Source: Patescibacteria group bacterium
Lineage (GTDB): Bacteria > Patescibacteriota > Patescibacteriia > JAHIZJ01
NCBI GenBank assembly: GCA_041650335.1
Contig: JBAZLK010000002.1
Location: forward strand, 124,070 to 188,069
Length of the DNA stretch: 64,000 nucleotides
Reading direction: 5' to 3'
Shown: piece by piece, positions 9,388 through 18,946 of the stretch
How positions within the stretch are numbered: position 1 is the stretch's first letter
Layout of the letters: each line of letters begins with the position of its first letter
Notes under the pieces: model-generated
What the model saw: only the letters and a program-made list of their open reading frames with translations
What the model was told of the DNA's origin: nothing
The model's database searches: none
Made by a program: the position numbers and the translations under genes

Positions 9388-9498
9388 ATGTTGGTCAATA
9401 AAAATCGTAAGAAAATTCAAATCATCTGGCTGATTATCACGATCATCGGCGTCTTTGCGATGGTCTTCTTCACTGTGCTGCCGGCGTTCGGGCAATAA
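9388..9498 (+). CDS. Small membrane protein, 36 aa (DUF4044/Prli42-like)
   Basis: MLVNKNRKKIQIIWLIITIIGVFAMVFFTVLPAFGQ; basic N-terminus plus single TM; below the ORF-track length cutoff. Confidence 0.65.
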   Translation: MLVNKNRKKIQIIWLIITIIGVFAMVFFTVLPAFGQ

Positions 9499-9507
9499 AC
9501 GAGCTGG

Positions 9508-11313
9508 TCATTTTTTCCGCAAGAGGGCAAGATAGGCCTCTGGCGGGATATCAACCCGCCCCGTCTCGCGCATGCGCTTTTTGCCCTTTTTTTGTTTTTC
9601 CAAGAGCTTCATCTTCCGGGTGACGTCGCCGCCATAGAGCTTGGCCGTGACATCTTTCCGCAACGGGGCTAGCCGGGCAGACGCGATAATCGTACTCGAA
9701 AGCGTAGCCTGTATTTTCACTTCAAAGAGCTGGCGCGGAAGCGTCTCTTTGAGATTCTCAACGATGCGGCGGCCGTTGGCATAGGCTTCGCTTCGCCGCA
9801 CGATCGTCGCCAGCGGCTCGACGACTTCACCCGCAACCACAATGTCCAAACGGACAAGGTCGGCTTTACGGTATTCCAACAACTCATAACTCATCGAGGC
9901 ATAGCCGCGCGTCGCGCTTTTTAGTTTATCATAAAAGTTGATGATGACGCCAGCTAAGGGGATTTCGCAATGGACGACTACGCGCTCCGGATCAAGATAC
10001 TCCATGGTTAAATAAATGCCGTGACTTTCTTCAATCAGCTTCATGAGTGAACCGATAAAGCCGGACGGCGAGACAATATCAACTTTGAGCCACGGCTCTT
10101 CCATCGTTTCGATCTCGGCCAGATTCGGCAGCTCTTGGGGACTCCGGATCGTGATCGACTCGGCTTGTCCGCGCGTGTAGACGTGATAGGCAACGCTCGG
10201 CGCCGTCACGACTAAGTCAATATTATACTCGCGCTGCAAACGTTCCTGAACTATCTCTAAATGAAGCAGACCCAGGAATCCCGCCCGAAAGCCGAAACCC
10301 AAAGCTGGAAAATTCTCAGGCTCATAGGTCAGGGCGGCGTCGTTGAGCTTTAACTTCTCGATCCCCTCGCGGAGCCGCGGGTATTCATTTCCAACCTTGG
10401 CATAGAGTCCGGCAAACACCATCGGCTTCACGGATCGGTAGCCTGGTAGCGCGGCTGGATATGGCGGCGCCTCTTTCACGACCGTATCGCCCACGCGGCA
10501 ATCAGCCACTTCTTTCAAACCCGTGACGATATACCCGATCATGCCGGCCGTCAGCTCATCGCGCTTATCAAGTTTCGGGCTGAAAACACCGACCTCCAAG
10601 GCCTCAGTGACGCGATCAGTCTGTAAAAAACGCACCTTATCGCCGGCCCGAATCGCCCCATCAACCACGCGCACATACGCGACGACGCCGCGGTATTCAT
10701 CATAGACCGAGTCGAAAATCAACGACCGGTACGGCTGTACTTGATCTCCCGAAGGCGGCGGGATAACCTGGACGACGCGTTCGAGAATCTGCTCAATGTT
10801 CTGGCCTGTTTTGGCCGACACCAGAATAACGTCTGCTGGGGCAACGCCGATGAGTTTGACGAGATCTTTTGTGACGCGCTCGGTGTCGGCGTTCGGCAAA
10901 TCAATTTTGTTGATAACTGGGATAATCGTCAGGTTCTCTTCAAGCGCGAGATAGAGATGCGAGAGGGTTTGCGCCTCGATCCCCTGGGTAGCATCAACCA
11001 GCAAAATCGCGCCTTCGACCGCGGCCAACGTCCGGGAGACTTCATACGAAAAATCCACGTGACCGGGCGTATCGATAAAATGCAGAAGATACTGCTGCCC
11101 GTCTTTGGCTTGATATCGCATCTGCACCGGTTGGAGCTTGATCGTTATCCCCCGTTCTCGCTCCAGATCCATTTGATCAAGCAGCTGCTCTTTCATTAGG
11201 CGCTTCGGTACCGTTTTTGTGGCTTCTAAAAAACGGTCGGCCAAGGTCGACTTCCCGTGATCAATATGTGCGATCACGCAAAAATTCCGGATGTGCGTTA
11301 TGGCTTCATTCAT
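9508..11313 (-). CDS. lepA: Elongation factor 4
   Basis: IRNFCVIAHIDHGKSTLADR, DTPGHVDFSYEV, RKDVTAKLYGGDVTRKMKLLEKQKKGKKRM. Confidence 0.97.
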   Translation of the reverse strand: MNEAITHIRNFCVIAHIDHGKSTLADRFLEATKTVPKRLMKEQLLDQMDLERERGITIKLQPVQMRYQAKDGQQYLLHFIDTPGHVDFSYEVSRTLAAVEGAILLVDATQGIEAQTLSHLYLALEENLTIIPVINKIDLPNADTERVTKDLVKLIGVAPADVILVSAKTGQNIEQILERVVQVIPPPSGDQVQPYRSLIFDSVYDEYRGVVAYVRVVDGAIRAGDKVRFLQTDRVTEALEVGVFSPKLDKRDELTAGMIGYIVTGLKEVADCRVGDTVVKEAPPYPAALPGYRSVKPMVFAGLYAKVGNEYPRLREGIEKLKLNDAALTYEPENFPALGFGFRAGFLGLLHLEIVQERLQREYNIDLVVTAPSVAYHVYTRGQAESITIRSPQELPNLAEIETMEEPWLKVDIVSPSGFIGSLMKLIEESHGIYLTMEYLDPERVVVHCEIPLAGVIINFYDKLKSATRGYASMSYELLEYRKADLVRLDIVVAGEVVEPLATIVRRSEAYANGRRIVENLKETLPRQLFEVKIQATLSSTIIASARLAPLRKDVTAKLYGGDVTRKMKLLEKQKKGKKRMRETGRVDIPPEAYLALLRKK

Positions 11314-12928
11314 AATTGGTTGACTGTCCGTTACGCTGAAAAAGTCGCTTGGCTTTATCAAGCCATTGCCGCAAAGCGCTGATTTCTTCGCAGTGCAGCA
11401 CGTAGGCGATGATAATGTAGGCAATCACGCCGGCCACAAAGGCAATGCTCGTCTGCAGGGCGATACCCAGAAAGGTTTGCATGTTGACACCGGTGGCAAT
11501 AAAATATTTCATGAGCTGAACAATCGCGCCCATGGCGATCGTCGCCACGATAATTTTTAGGGTGGAACGCAGAATTCTTCGTTCATCGAGATCGCCGACA
11601 ACGACACGCAAGGCGATCAATAAGAGTAACGTGTTTACAACGCTCGAGATTGAAAACGCCAACGCCAATCCATAAATACCCCAGCGTTGGCTCAACCAAA
11701 TCCCGAGGCCGATATTCATCGCCATCGAAATCAAGCTGATGATCACCGGCGTCTTCGTGTTTTGAAAGGCATAAAACGAGCGGGTGAGCATCGGTGCCAG
11801 GCTTTGGGCGAAGAGGGATAACGAAAAAAATCCGAGCGTCTGGGCGGTCAGGATGGTATCGTTCCAGTCAAACGCGCCCGCACCCAAGATGATCCGGACA
11901 AATTGAGCGCGAAGCAACAGAATGCCCACCGAAACCGGAATGATGAGAAAAAGGATTCTTCGAAAAGTCTCCGAGAAATGGCGGACAAAGCCGTCGCGAT
12001 CATTTTCCGCCCAAGCCTTACTGAAAACCGGAAATGACGAAATAGCCAGTGAAATCCCAAATACGCCAATGGGGAAACTCTGAAGATTGTTGGCCAGATT
12101 GAAAACCGCTACGCTGCCTGTGCCCAGGTTTGAGGCCAGAACATTGATCACCACCTGGTTGATCTGAACAACGCCGAGGCTTAGCGCCCGCGGTATCATC
12201 AACCGGCCGATTTTTCTCACGCCGGCATGAGCGGTATCAAAAATCCATTTATAGACAAAACCGACGCGGCGCGCCGCCGGCCACTGAACAACCAAGTGAG
12301 CAAACGAACCGATCACAACGCCATAGGCGAGACCTTTCACGCCCCAGTGCGGCGCGAGCACCAATATGCCGAAAATGATTCCGAAATTATACATGATCGG
12401 CGCGAGCGAATACACAAAAAACCGCCGAAACGAATTTAAAATTCCGCTTAAAACATTGCTCACCCCGAAGAAAACGATACTTACCAGCATGATCCGCGTC
12501 AGTAGGGCAGTCGCCGCCTTTTTTTCCGGTGAAAAACCAGGCGCGATAATACCCATTAATTGCGGCGTAAACAGCCACATCAAACCGCCGAGAATAATGA
12601 GCGTGATGGCGATCAGATTCAGAATCGAGTTTGTCATCGGCCAGGCTTGCCGTTCCACCTCCGGTTTTGACTGATCACGATGCCAGTACTCAAGGAAAAC
12701 GGGAATGAACGAAGCGGAAAGCGCGCCGAGGACGAAAATGTTAAAGATAAAGTCAGGCAGCCGAAAAGCGGCATAATACACATCGAGCACCTCGCCGGCG
12801 CCAAACGTTGACGCCAAAAGCCGGTCTCGGATGAGCCCCACCAGCCGACTCAAAACCGAGGCGAACCCAACAATGATGGCGCCGCCGAGGATTGTCGTTT
12901 CCAGACGGTAGAGTATCTTTTTTAGCAT
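11306..12928 (-). CDS. murJ: Lipid II flippase MurJ
   Basis: SRLVGLIRDR..A..FGAG...D.YYAAFRLPD, many TMs, FYAFQNTKTPV. Confidence 0.95.
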   Translation of the reverse strand: MLKKILYRLETTILGGAIIVGFASVLSRLVGLIRDRLLASTFGAGEVLDVYYAAFRLPDFIFNIFVLGALSASFIPVFLEYWHRDQSKPEVERQAWPMTNSILNLIAITLIILGGLMWLFTPQLMGIIAPGFSPEKKAATALLTRIMLVSIVFFGVSNVLSGILNSFRRFFVYSLAPIMYNFGIIFGILVLAPHWGVKGLAYGVVIGSFAHLVVQWPAARRVGFVYKWIFDTAHAGVRKIGRLMIPRALSLGVVQINQVVINVLASNLGTGSVAVFNLANNLQSFPIGVFGISLAISSFPVFSKAWAENDRDGFVRHFSETFRRILFLIIPVSVGILLLRAQFVRIILGAGAFDWNDTILTAQTLGFFSLSLFAQSLAPMLTRSFYAFQNTKTPVIISLISMAMNIGLGIWLSQRWGIYGLALAFSISSVVNTLLLLIALRVVVGDLDERRILRSTLKIIVATIAMGAIVQLMKYFIATGVNMQTFLGIALQTSIAFVAGVIAYIIIAYVLHCEEISALRQWLDKAKRLFQRNGQSTNYE

Positions 12929-12972
12929 AATATCCTTCCTATAGTACCATCAATATCGACAAAAAACAATGG

Positions 12973-12994
12973 AAAAACCCGCTTCGCGCGGGTT
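12973..12994 (-). terminator. Intrinsic terminator
   Basis: Minus strand AACCCGC-GCGAA-GCGGGTT followed by a T-run. Confidence 0.7.
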
Positions 12995-13007
12995 GGTCGC
13001 AGACTCG

Positions 13008-13142
13008 CTCCTGCCGAGTTGAGAGAAGGAGGCGAATAACGAACGGCAAGACGAAAAATCCGAAATTTTGTGTTGCGACGCGCGCAACGAGGATTCTGTT
13101 TGCTGATGTTCGATGACTTCCCTCCCTCACTACCGGCAGGAG
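13008..13142 (-). ncRNA. Candidate rod-shaped ncRNA (6S-like?)
   Basis: 5' CTCCTGCCG..TGAGGGAGGGA..CGAAC pairs with 3' GTTCG..TCCTTCTCTCA..CGGCAGGAG; upstream TATAAT/TATACT and downstream terminator. Confidence 0.45.
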
Positions 13143-13265
13143 TAAATGTGCCACCGGAAGTGTGGATAAGCCATTGTTCGTAGTATATTATACAAAATCA
13201 CACGTTGATTGTGAACGTGTGTCGACATGGTTAAGGGGGCGGATTTGTCCGTCCCCTTTCTTCGG

Positions 13266-13385
13266 CTACCGCTGACCAAAGAGATAGCCGAGATACTCCG
13301 GCTGAGTGAGCCAGGTATAGACGATGACCGCGATCTCCAGGAACAGTACGCCGAACATCTGTTTTTCCCAGAATGAGATTTTCAT
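13266..13385 (-). CDS. Small hydrophobic peptide, 39 aa
   Basis: MKISFWEKQMFGVLFLEIAVIVYTWLTQPEYLGYLFGQR with strong SD GGAAGGAGGAG; hairpin at 13233-13258 downstream. Confidence 0.6.
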   Translation of the reverse strand: MKISFWEKQMFGVLFLEIAVIVYTWLTQPEYLGYLFGQR

Positions 13386-13659
13386 GGCCGCTCTCCTCCT
13401 TCCATGGATACCGGCCGGCTGATCGAGAACAACCTGAAGACTTGGAATAATATAAAGAGCAATTTGAAAGCCAAGTCTTCAGATTGTCATTGACCAGAAT
13501 AGTAATGTGCAGTGGTATCACCGCTGGAAAATGGGTGTGTACGCGGCTTCCCTTCCTCGTCTTCCTGTGAAGTGAAGAGAGAACTCAAGCGAGAAACCAT
13601 CACACCCATTTTTCAACGGTCAAGAGGAGAAACAGACGGAATTTTTTTACGACCATCAA

Positions 13660-13688
13660 TAATATACCAAGCTGGCGATTTTGTCAAG
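13660..13688 (-). promoter_or_regulatory. Sigma70 promoter for the structured leader and 39-aa peptide
   Basis: TTGACA-17 bp-TATTAT on the minus strand. Confidence 0.65.
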
Positions 13689-13726
13689 GGGAGCTTGGCA
13701 AACGCAGCCGGCGCAATCAGCCAGTC

Positions 13727-16054
13727 TTATTTTTTTATTTGGAATATCGTACCAAGATAATAATCGCGGTCCAATATCTTTTCAAACGTCAACCTATTCG
13801 AATCATTCCGTAATTGTTGTTCGTCTGGCCATTGCCAGACAACCTGATAACCGTCGGGGTAGGTAATCTGGGACCGAAGCAAGGCGTCGAAACTCCCGGC
13901 CTGCCGCTGGATGAAGAGGCTGTACGGAAACGAATAATTTACCAAGTTTTCTGGCTTAATCAGGAACGGTAACCGATAGACGAACCGGACGGTCGCGCTC
14001 TGGCCCGGCTCGACCTGAACCCAATTTCCAAACACCGTCTTCCCAAACTCCTGGTTGATCCGGGTATTCGAGCGTTCGTCAATAATGACCTGACCCTCAA
14101 TCTGAGTCAAATCAGTGTCCGGCTGATACCCGGCCTCCGGCCATTTCATAAGCTTCGGGTCGGGTGCGACAAAGCCGGTCGCCTCGATTAATTCTGACCC
14201 AGCCGGCACATATAGCCGCATAAAGTCGATATTTTTTACACCAGTCCATTGATCGCCAGCCTTCCCGTTATGAACGCGGGTAATTTCAACCGTCGCCGTC
14301 GCCTGGCCGTCAGTACCGATCGCGAGTTGGTGAGAAATAGTTTGGTCGATCACCGCGTCTGTTTTGCCACCACTGATGTTCGTGTTCACGAGCATCAGAT
14401 AATCACCGCTGACCCGTTTGATTTCACCCGCCCAGCCGAGATTAACTACGTTTGTCTGAAGCGTTTCATCGCGGACATAAAAGAGGATATCGCGGCGCTC
14501 AAGCGCATCGCTGATGGCTGAAATGTTGGTAAAAAATTCCTTTTGGCCACCCTCAAATATCCGCTGGAGCAAGATTGGCAGTAAATCGGCGATAAACTGC
14601 TTTGGTTTGTTCTCCTCTTTATCGTATTCTTGTTCGACTTGATTGAGCGTTTCGTCAATAAAATTCTCACTTGTTATTGTAACCCCATACGTGTCTTGAA
14701 GGTCAATTGAGCCGCTGATTTTCAAGAGATTGATCACGACTTCGGGCGTTAAGCTGATGACCCCGTCGACGGTTGGTCCGCCACTTTTTTCATAGAACCA
14801 CATGATCTTCTTGGCTGACGTCGGGAAATCCGGAAACCAATTGGCGTCCTGGAGAAACCAGTGCGGGTTGACGAGATGCAAGGGCGTCGGCGAAACGACC
14901 TGTTCCGTTAGCTGACCCTGAAAATCATAGGGGCCGCCGCCGGGAACCTCGATTTTTTTTATGGCGCCATGATCAATATCGACCAGAGCGAGGCTGCCGA
15001 TGAATCCGCCAGTAGCACGCATTTCGCGGTTGTTCTGAAAAATCATCAGATACCGTTTTGAACCGTCGCCTCCTAATAGTTTTCGAAAGGTTTCGCCGAA
15101 CAATAAGAATTGGTCGAATTGCTGCTGCAATTGCGGCAAGCCTTCTTTCACGCGCTCCATTGCGGTTCGATATTGCGCCGGCAATGAATCGGCGTCGACC
15201 TGATTCAGATGCGTCGAGGCCAGCGCCAGGCGATCCCGGGCTGGTCCCAGGTATTCTTGGCTGGTCGCCAATAAATCGGTGATGTTATTTTGTATTAAAA
15301 AGTCTTTATTTTGGGCAATCTCCGGGTTGTAGGCCTGAATGGCTTGCGTGATATCCTGCCCGGCTAGCGCAATCGCCTGACCGGCCGCCAGGAGGTGTTC
15401 GCCGGACGATAACTGCTTGCCCTTCAGCGGGACAAAGCGCAGCAGGTCGATCACCGTGGCGCCGATTCGGTCCAGCTCGCGCTGAGCGGTCAGAAACGTG
15501 TCTGAGGCCTCGGCAAAACGGGCTCGAGCGGCATTATAATCGCTTTGCGTCGTGGCTTCGCCGGCCAGAACAAGCTGGTCAAAGGCGCGAATAGAGATGG
15601 CGAGAACTTGGCCGCGGACGTCGAGCAGGCGCTGATACCACCATAAGCCGAAGACGAGCAGTATTAAACCGAGCGAGACGGCCATGAATGCCGAGAGCGA
15701 TTTTAAGTGGCGACGCTCGATGCGTATTCTGGGCGGGGTGAACTTGACGGCGCGTTTCGGAGCGGCGGTTGCAGGTTGCGTGAATGTTGTCGGCGGAGCC
15801 AGCTCAACCGATTCAACTTTTTGAGACGGCGCCGGGGCGGCGGTTTTCGACGGCTTGCTGGAGGTCAGCGACTTCAGTTTTCCGAAGACGGTCCCCTTTT
15901 TTCGCTGTTCCAACTCCTGACGTAACCGTTCAACTTCTTTTTGCAACATCAACTCCCGGAGATTGATGACATTCGACTCCGGGATCGAGCCGCCTTCCTG
16001 GAGATGTGAAAGCGGTATTCGCTTGGCGCTGCCTTTTTTCTTCCTTCGTTCCAT
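13727..16054 (-). CDS. DUF4012 domain-containing protein
   Basis: RYLMIFQNNREMRATGGFIGS, DANWFPDFPTSA, VDGVISLTP; single TM plus coiled coil. Confidence 0.92.
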   Translation of the reverse strand: MERRKKKGSAKRIPLSHLQEGGSIPESNVINLRELMLQKEVERLRQELEQRKKGTVFGKLKSLTSSKPSKTAAPAPSQKVESVELAPPTTFTQPATAAPKRAVKFTPPRIRIERRHLKSLSAFMAVSLGLILLVFGLWWYQRLLDVRGQVLAISIRAFDQLVLAGEATTQSDYNAARARFAEASDTFLTAQRELDRIGATVIDLLRFVPLKGKQLSSGEHLLAAGQAIALAGQDITQAIQAYNPEIAQNKDFLIQNNITDLLATSQEYLGPARDRLALASTHLNQVDADSLPAQYRTAMERVKEGLPQLQQQFDQFLLFGETFRKLLGGDGSKRYLMIFQNNREMRATGGFIGSLALVDIDHGAIKKIEVPGGGPYDFQGQLTEQVVSPTPLHLVNPHWFLQDANWFPDFPTSAKKIMWFYEKSGGPTVDGVISLTPEVVINLLKISGSIDLQDTYGVTITSENFIDETLNQVEQEYDKEENKPKQFIADLLPILLQRIFEGGQKEFFTNISAISDALERRDILFYVRDETLQTNVVNLGWAGEIKRVSGDYLMLVNTNISGGKTDAVIDQTISHQLAIGTDGQATATVEITRVHNGKAGDQWTGVKNIDFMRLYVPAGSELIEATGFVAPDPKLMKWPEAGYQPDTDLTQIEGQVIIDERSNTRINQEFGKTVFGNWVQVEPGQSATVRFVYRLPFLIKPENLVNYSFPYSLFIQRQAGSFDALLRSQITYPDGYQVVWQWPDEQQLRNDSNRLTFEKILDRDYYLGTIFQIKK

Positions 16055-16062
16055 GCGCGTTG

Positions 16063-17181
16063 TTATGACTCGCGATAATATGCCAGGGTCTGTTCGGCCA
16101 TGCTTTTCCAGCTATATCGCTTCACCTGCTCGAAACCGCGCTGTCGTAAAACCGCGCGTTTTTCTTCATGTTGAATAAGGTCTAAAAGTACTTGTACTAT
16201 AGCATGTTTGTTCTTTGGATCAAAGTAGGCGGCGCTTTGGCCAAGAATTTCAGGCAAACAGGAGTACGCTGAACAGGCGACGGGCGCGCCATATTGCATT
16301 GCCTCCAACGGCGGGAGACCAAAACCTTCTGAAAGTGAGGGAAAAACATAGAGCAACGCCTGGCGATACAGGGCCGGCAAATCCGCGTCGGCGACATAAC
16401 CCGGGAAGATAACAACGTCATCGAGTTTCAACGCTTGGCGTAAAGCGATCAGGCGGTTGTAGAAATAATCCATTTTTCCGACCAAGACCAGCTTTACTTC
16501 CGGACGCTGCCGATGCAGTTCAACAAACGCTTCAAGTAACAGTTCAAGATTTTTATGCGGATAGGCGTTGCCAACATATAACAGATACGGTGATTGAACC
16601 TTCAAGCGACGCAGGATCTGCTCGGGCGCATCCGGGCTCTCCGGGAACGCATCGGCCGCTTCATACGTGACAGCAATTGATTCTTTGGCTAGATGGAAAT
16701 AGTCATGCAATTCATTTTTTACGTATTCAGAAACCGTGATAATCTTCTTGGCGCGCCGCACGGCCGAACGGATCGCGACGGTATAGCCAAGCCTCTTAAA
16801 ATAATACATCACCGGCCCGAGGCGCGTCGCCCGAACCGTCGGAAAATGGGTGATGATTAAATCGTGAATTGTGACAATAAATGGTCGTCGATACAGTATC
16901 GGCACGTTAAAATGAGGAAAATGCATGAGATCAAGGTGATACTTGGCCAAAAGCCGCGGAAAACCGATCTGTTCTTGCCAGGAATACCAGCGATAAGGCG
17001 CCAATACCTTGGCAAAACGCGGATTTTTTGGGTGATAGGTATCGATATTTTCCGGTCGCAAAAATATCGTGTAGCGATTCTCGCGGTCAGTCGCTTCAAG
17101 ATTGGTGATGAGTTTTTCGGTGTATCGCCCAAGCCCCTTGCCGCCTGGGCCGAGGAAGCGAGCGTCAATTCCGATGTGCAT
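16063..17181 (-). CDS. Glycosyltransferase family 4
   Basis: IGIDAR..GLGRY, TIHD, VFPSLSEGFGLPPLEAM. Confidence 0.93.
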   Translation of the reverse strand: MHIGIDARFLGPGGKGLGRYTEKLITNLEATDRENRYTIFLRPENIDTYHPKNPRFAKVLAPYRWYSWQEQIGFPRLLAKYHLDLMHFPHFNVPILYRRPFIVTIHDLIITHFPTVRATRLGPVMYYFKRLGYTVAIRSAVRRAKKIITVSEYVKNELHDYFHLAKESIAVTYEAADAFPESPDAPEQILRRLKVQSPYLLYVGNAYPHKNLELLLEAFVELHRQRPEVKLVLVGKMDYFYNRLIALRQALKLDDVVIFPGYVADADLPALYRQALLYVFPSLSEGFGLPPLEAMQYGAPVACSAYSCLPEILGQSAAYFDPKNKHAIVQVLLDLIQHEEKRAVLRQRGFEQVKRYSWKSMAEQTLAYYRES

Positions 17182-18313
17182 TGTTTACGAGATTGGTAAA
17201 TAAATCGAGTGTTTTTTTGGCAGTCTGTTGCCAGGTATAGTTTTTTAAAACCTCCTGTCGGTGACTGAGCAACAGCTGGCGTAACTTGTCATTTCCGGCG
17301 CTGGCCAGGAGCGCTTCCGTCAATTCTCTGACATTGTAGGGCTGTACTAAAATCGCACTATCGCGCAAAACCTCTGGCAGTGCCGGAGCGGCAGCAGCAA
17401 TAACTGGCGTACCAACCGCTACGCTTTCCAGGGGCGGGAAACCAAAGCCCTCATAGACCGAGGGGTAAATAAAGAGATCGGCTGCCCTCAAGAGACAACG
17501 TTTTTCTCGATCTGACAGATAGCCGAGGAGCCGGATGTCGCGCCCATGTTTGAGTTGTGCAATCATCTTCTGAAGCTGACTGTATTGCCAACCAGCCGCG
17601 CCAACGATAAACAGCGTATGCGGTAATGTGGAGCGTTCTTTAAACTGGTCAAAGGCTTGAAGCAGCGTAACCAGGTTTTTTCTCGGCTCTAGGAAGCCGA
17701 TCGATAGAAAATACGGCTGGGTGAGCTGATGAGCGGCGAGAACCGCCTTTATTTCGGCCGCCGCGCTCTCATGAAAACATTCTTCATCAATACCTGAATA
17801 GATCACCTCAATCCGCTCCGCCGGAATTTCGTACACATCGATCAGGTCTTTTTTTGTTTGCTCGGAGACGGCAATAATCTTGTCGGCCCGTCGGGCGAGT
17901 CGCCGCGGCGATACGCCCGCGTGCCAGAGTCGCCGTTTGATATTTAAGAAGCGCGGGTAAATCTCAAACGATAAATCATGAACCGTCAGAACAAACGGAC
18001 AGTTTTTGGAAAGACTTACAAAATTTATATTTGGCACGAAAAATAGATCAACCGGTCCAATGACGCGATCGAGCTGCGGCCGCCGAAGCAACGCCAAACT
18101 AGAATTATAGAGTTTATTCGGCCACCGCGTTTGCCGTAGTTGCGTGTTCGTTTGCGGAAAAGCGGCGCGTGGACGAGCCCACGAGTTCGAATACAGAATA
18201 TATTCGTTCTGCTGATCCAAGCGCAATAAATGCTCGAGCAACTGGCGAGTATAGCGTGGCACGCCCCCCGGCCGCGCTTCTGAAAGGCATCGGATGTCTA
18301 CACCGATACGCAT
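17165..18313 (-). CDS. Glycosyltransferase family 4
   Basis: GVPRY, TVHDL, EPRKN, YPSVYEGFGFPPLE. Confidence 0.93.
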   Translation of the reverse strand: MRIGVDIRCLSEARPGGVPRYTRQLLEHLLRLDQQNEYILYSNSWARPRAAFPQTNTQLRQTRWPNKLYNSSLALLRRPQLDRVIGPVDLFFVPNINFVSLSKNCPFVLTVHDLSFEIYPRFLNIKRRLWHAGVSPRRLARRADKIIAVSEQTKKDLIDVYEIPAERIEVIYSGIDEECFHESAAAEIKAVLAAHQLTQPYFLSIGFLEPRKNLVTLLQAFDQFKERSTLPHTLFIVGAAGWQYSQLQKMIAQLKHGRDIRLLGYLSDREKRCLLRAADLFIYPSVYEGFGFPPLESVAVGTPVIAAAAPALPEVLRDSAILVQPYNVRELTEALLASAGNDKLRQLLLSHRQEVLKNYTWQQTAKKTLDLFTNLVNNAHRN

Positions 18314-18316
18314 GCG

Positions 18317-18928
18317 TTAGCCGGTCTTAAAATACCGGACAAGGTAGATCACGCCGAGGCTGAGACAAAAACCAAGAACGAGCCCAACAATCGTATTAAT
18401 AATGAGCGGGGGCTTCTGGGCCACAATGACCGGCGTCGAACCGACGACCTCAAATAAGGCCTTTCGATCGGCTGTTTGGTTTAGCGAGGCGCCGCGCTCT
18501 TTTACCGTGTCGATGATTGACTGCGATATTTTTTGGGCAGTCTGTTCATCCCGTTCGGAAAACGTTACGACGATGTTCTGGGCCGAATACTTTCTGGTTT
18601 TGAAACGGCTTGAAAACGTCTCGAGTGACGTGATCGAGGGATCAATCCCGGCGCGATCGTAGATCTCGAGCAGTACCGACGGTGTATAAAACCAGCTGAC
18701 CACCGTCTGCGAGAAAAGATCGCTCGCCTGAATCGCGTAATACCCGTCATACTGGTATTCCGCCGTGTCCTGTTTATTAATCCGGTTGACCGCGAACGAG
18801 ATTGAGGCTTTATGCGTAGTCGGCGACAGATACGTGAAAACGAATGCGGCCGCGGTGACCAAAACCGTAAGAACGATGATCAGGAGGCGATTGCGTTTAA
18901 TAAACTCTTTGTGCTCAGAAAATTTCAT
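18317..18928 (-). CDS. Wzz/CapA-like polysaccharide chain-length protein
   Basis: N- and C-terminal TMs flanking a soluble loop with P..P before the second TM; lies within the glycan cluster. Confidence 0.7.
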   Translation of the reverse strand: MKFSEHKEFIKRNRLLIIVLTVLVTAAAFVFTYLSPTTHKASISFAVNRINKQDTAEYQYDGYYAIQASDLFSQTVVSWFYTPSVLLEIYDRAGIDPSITSLETFSSRFKTRKYSAQNIVVTFSERDEQTAQKISQSIIDTVKERGASLNQTADRKALFEVVGSTPVIVAQKPPLIINTIVGLVLGFCLSLGVIYLVRYFKTG

Positions 18929-18946
18929 AGGCGATATATTGAACGA

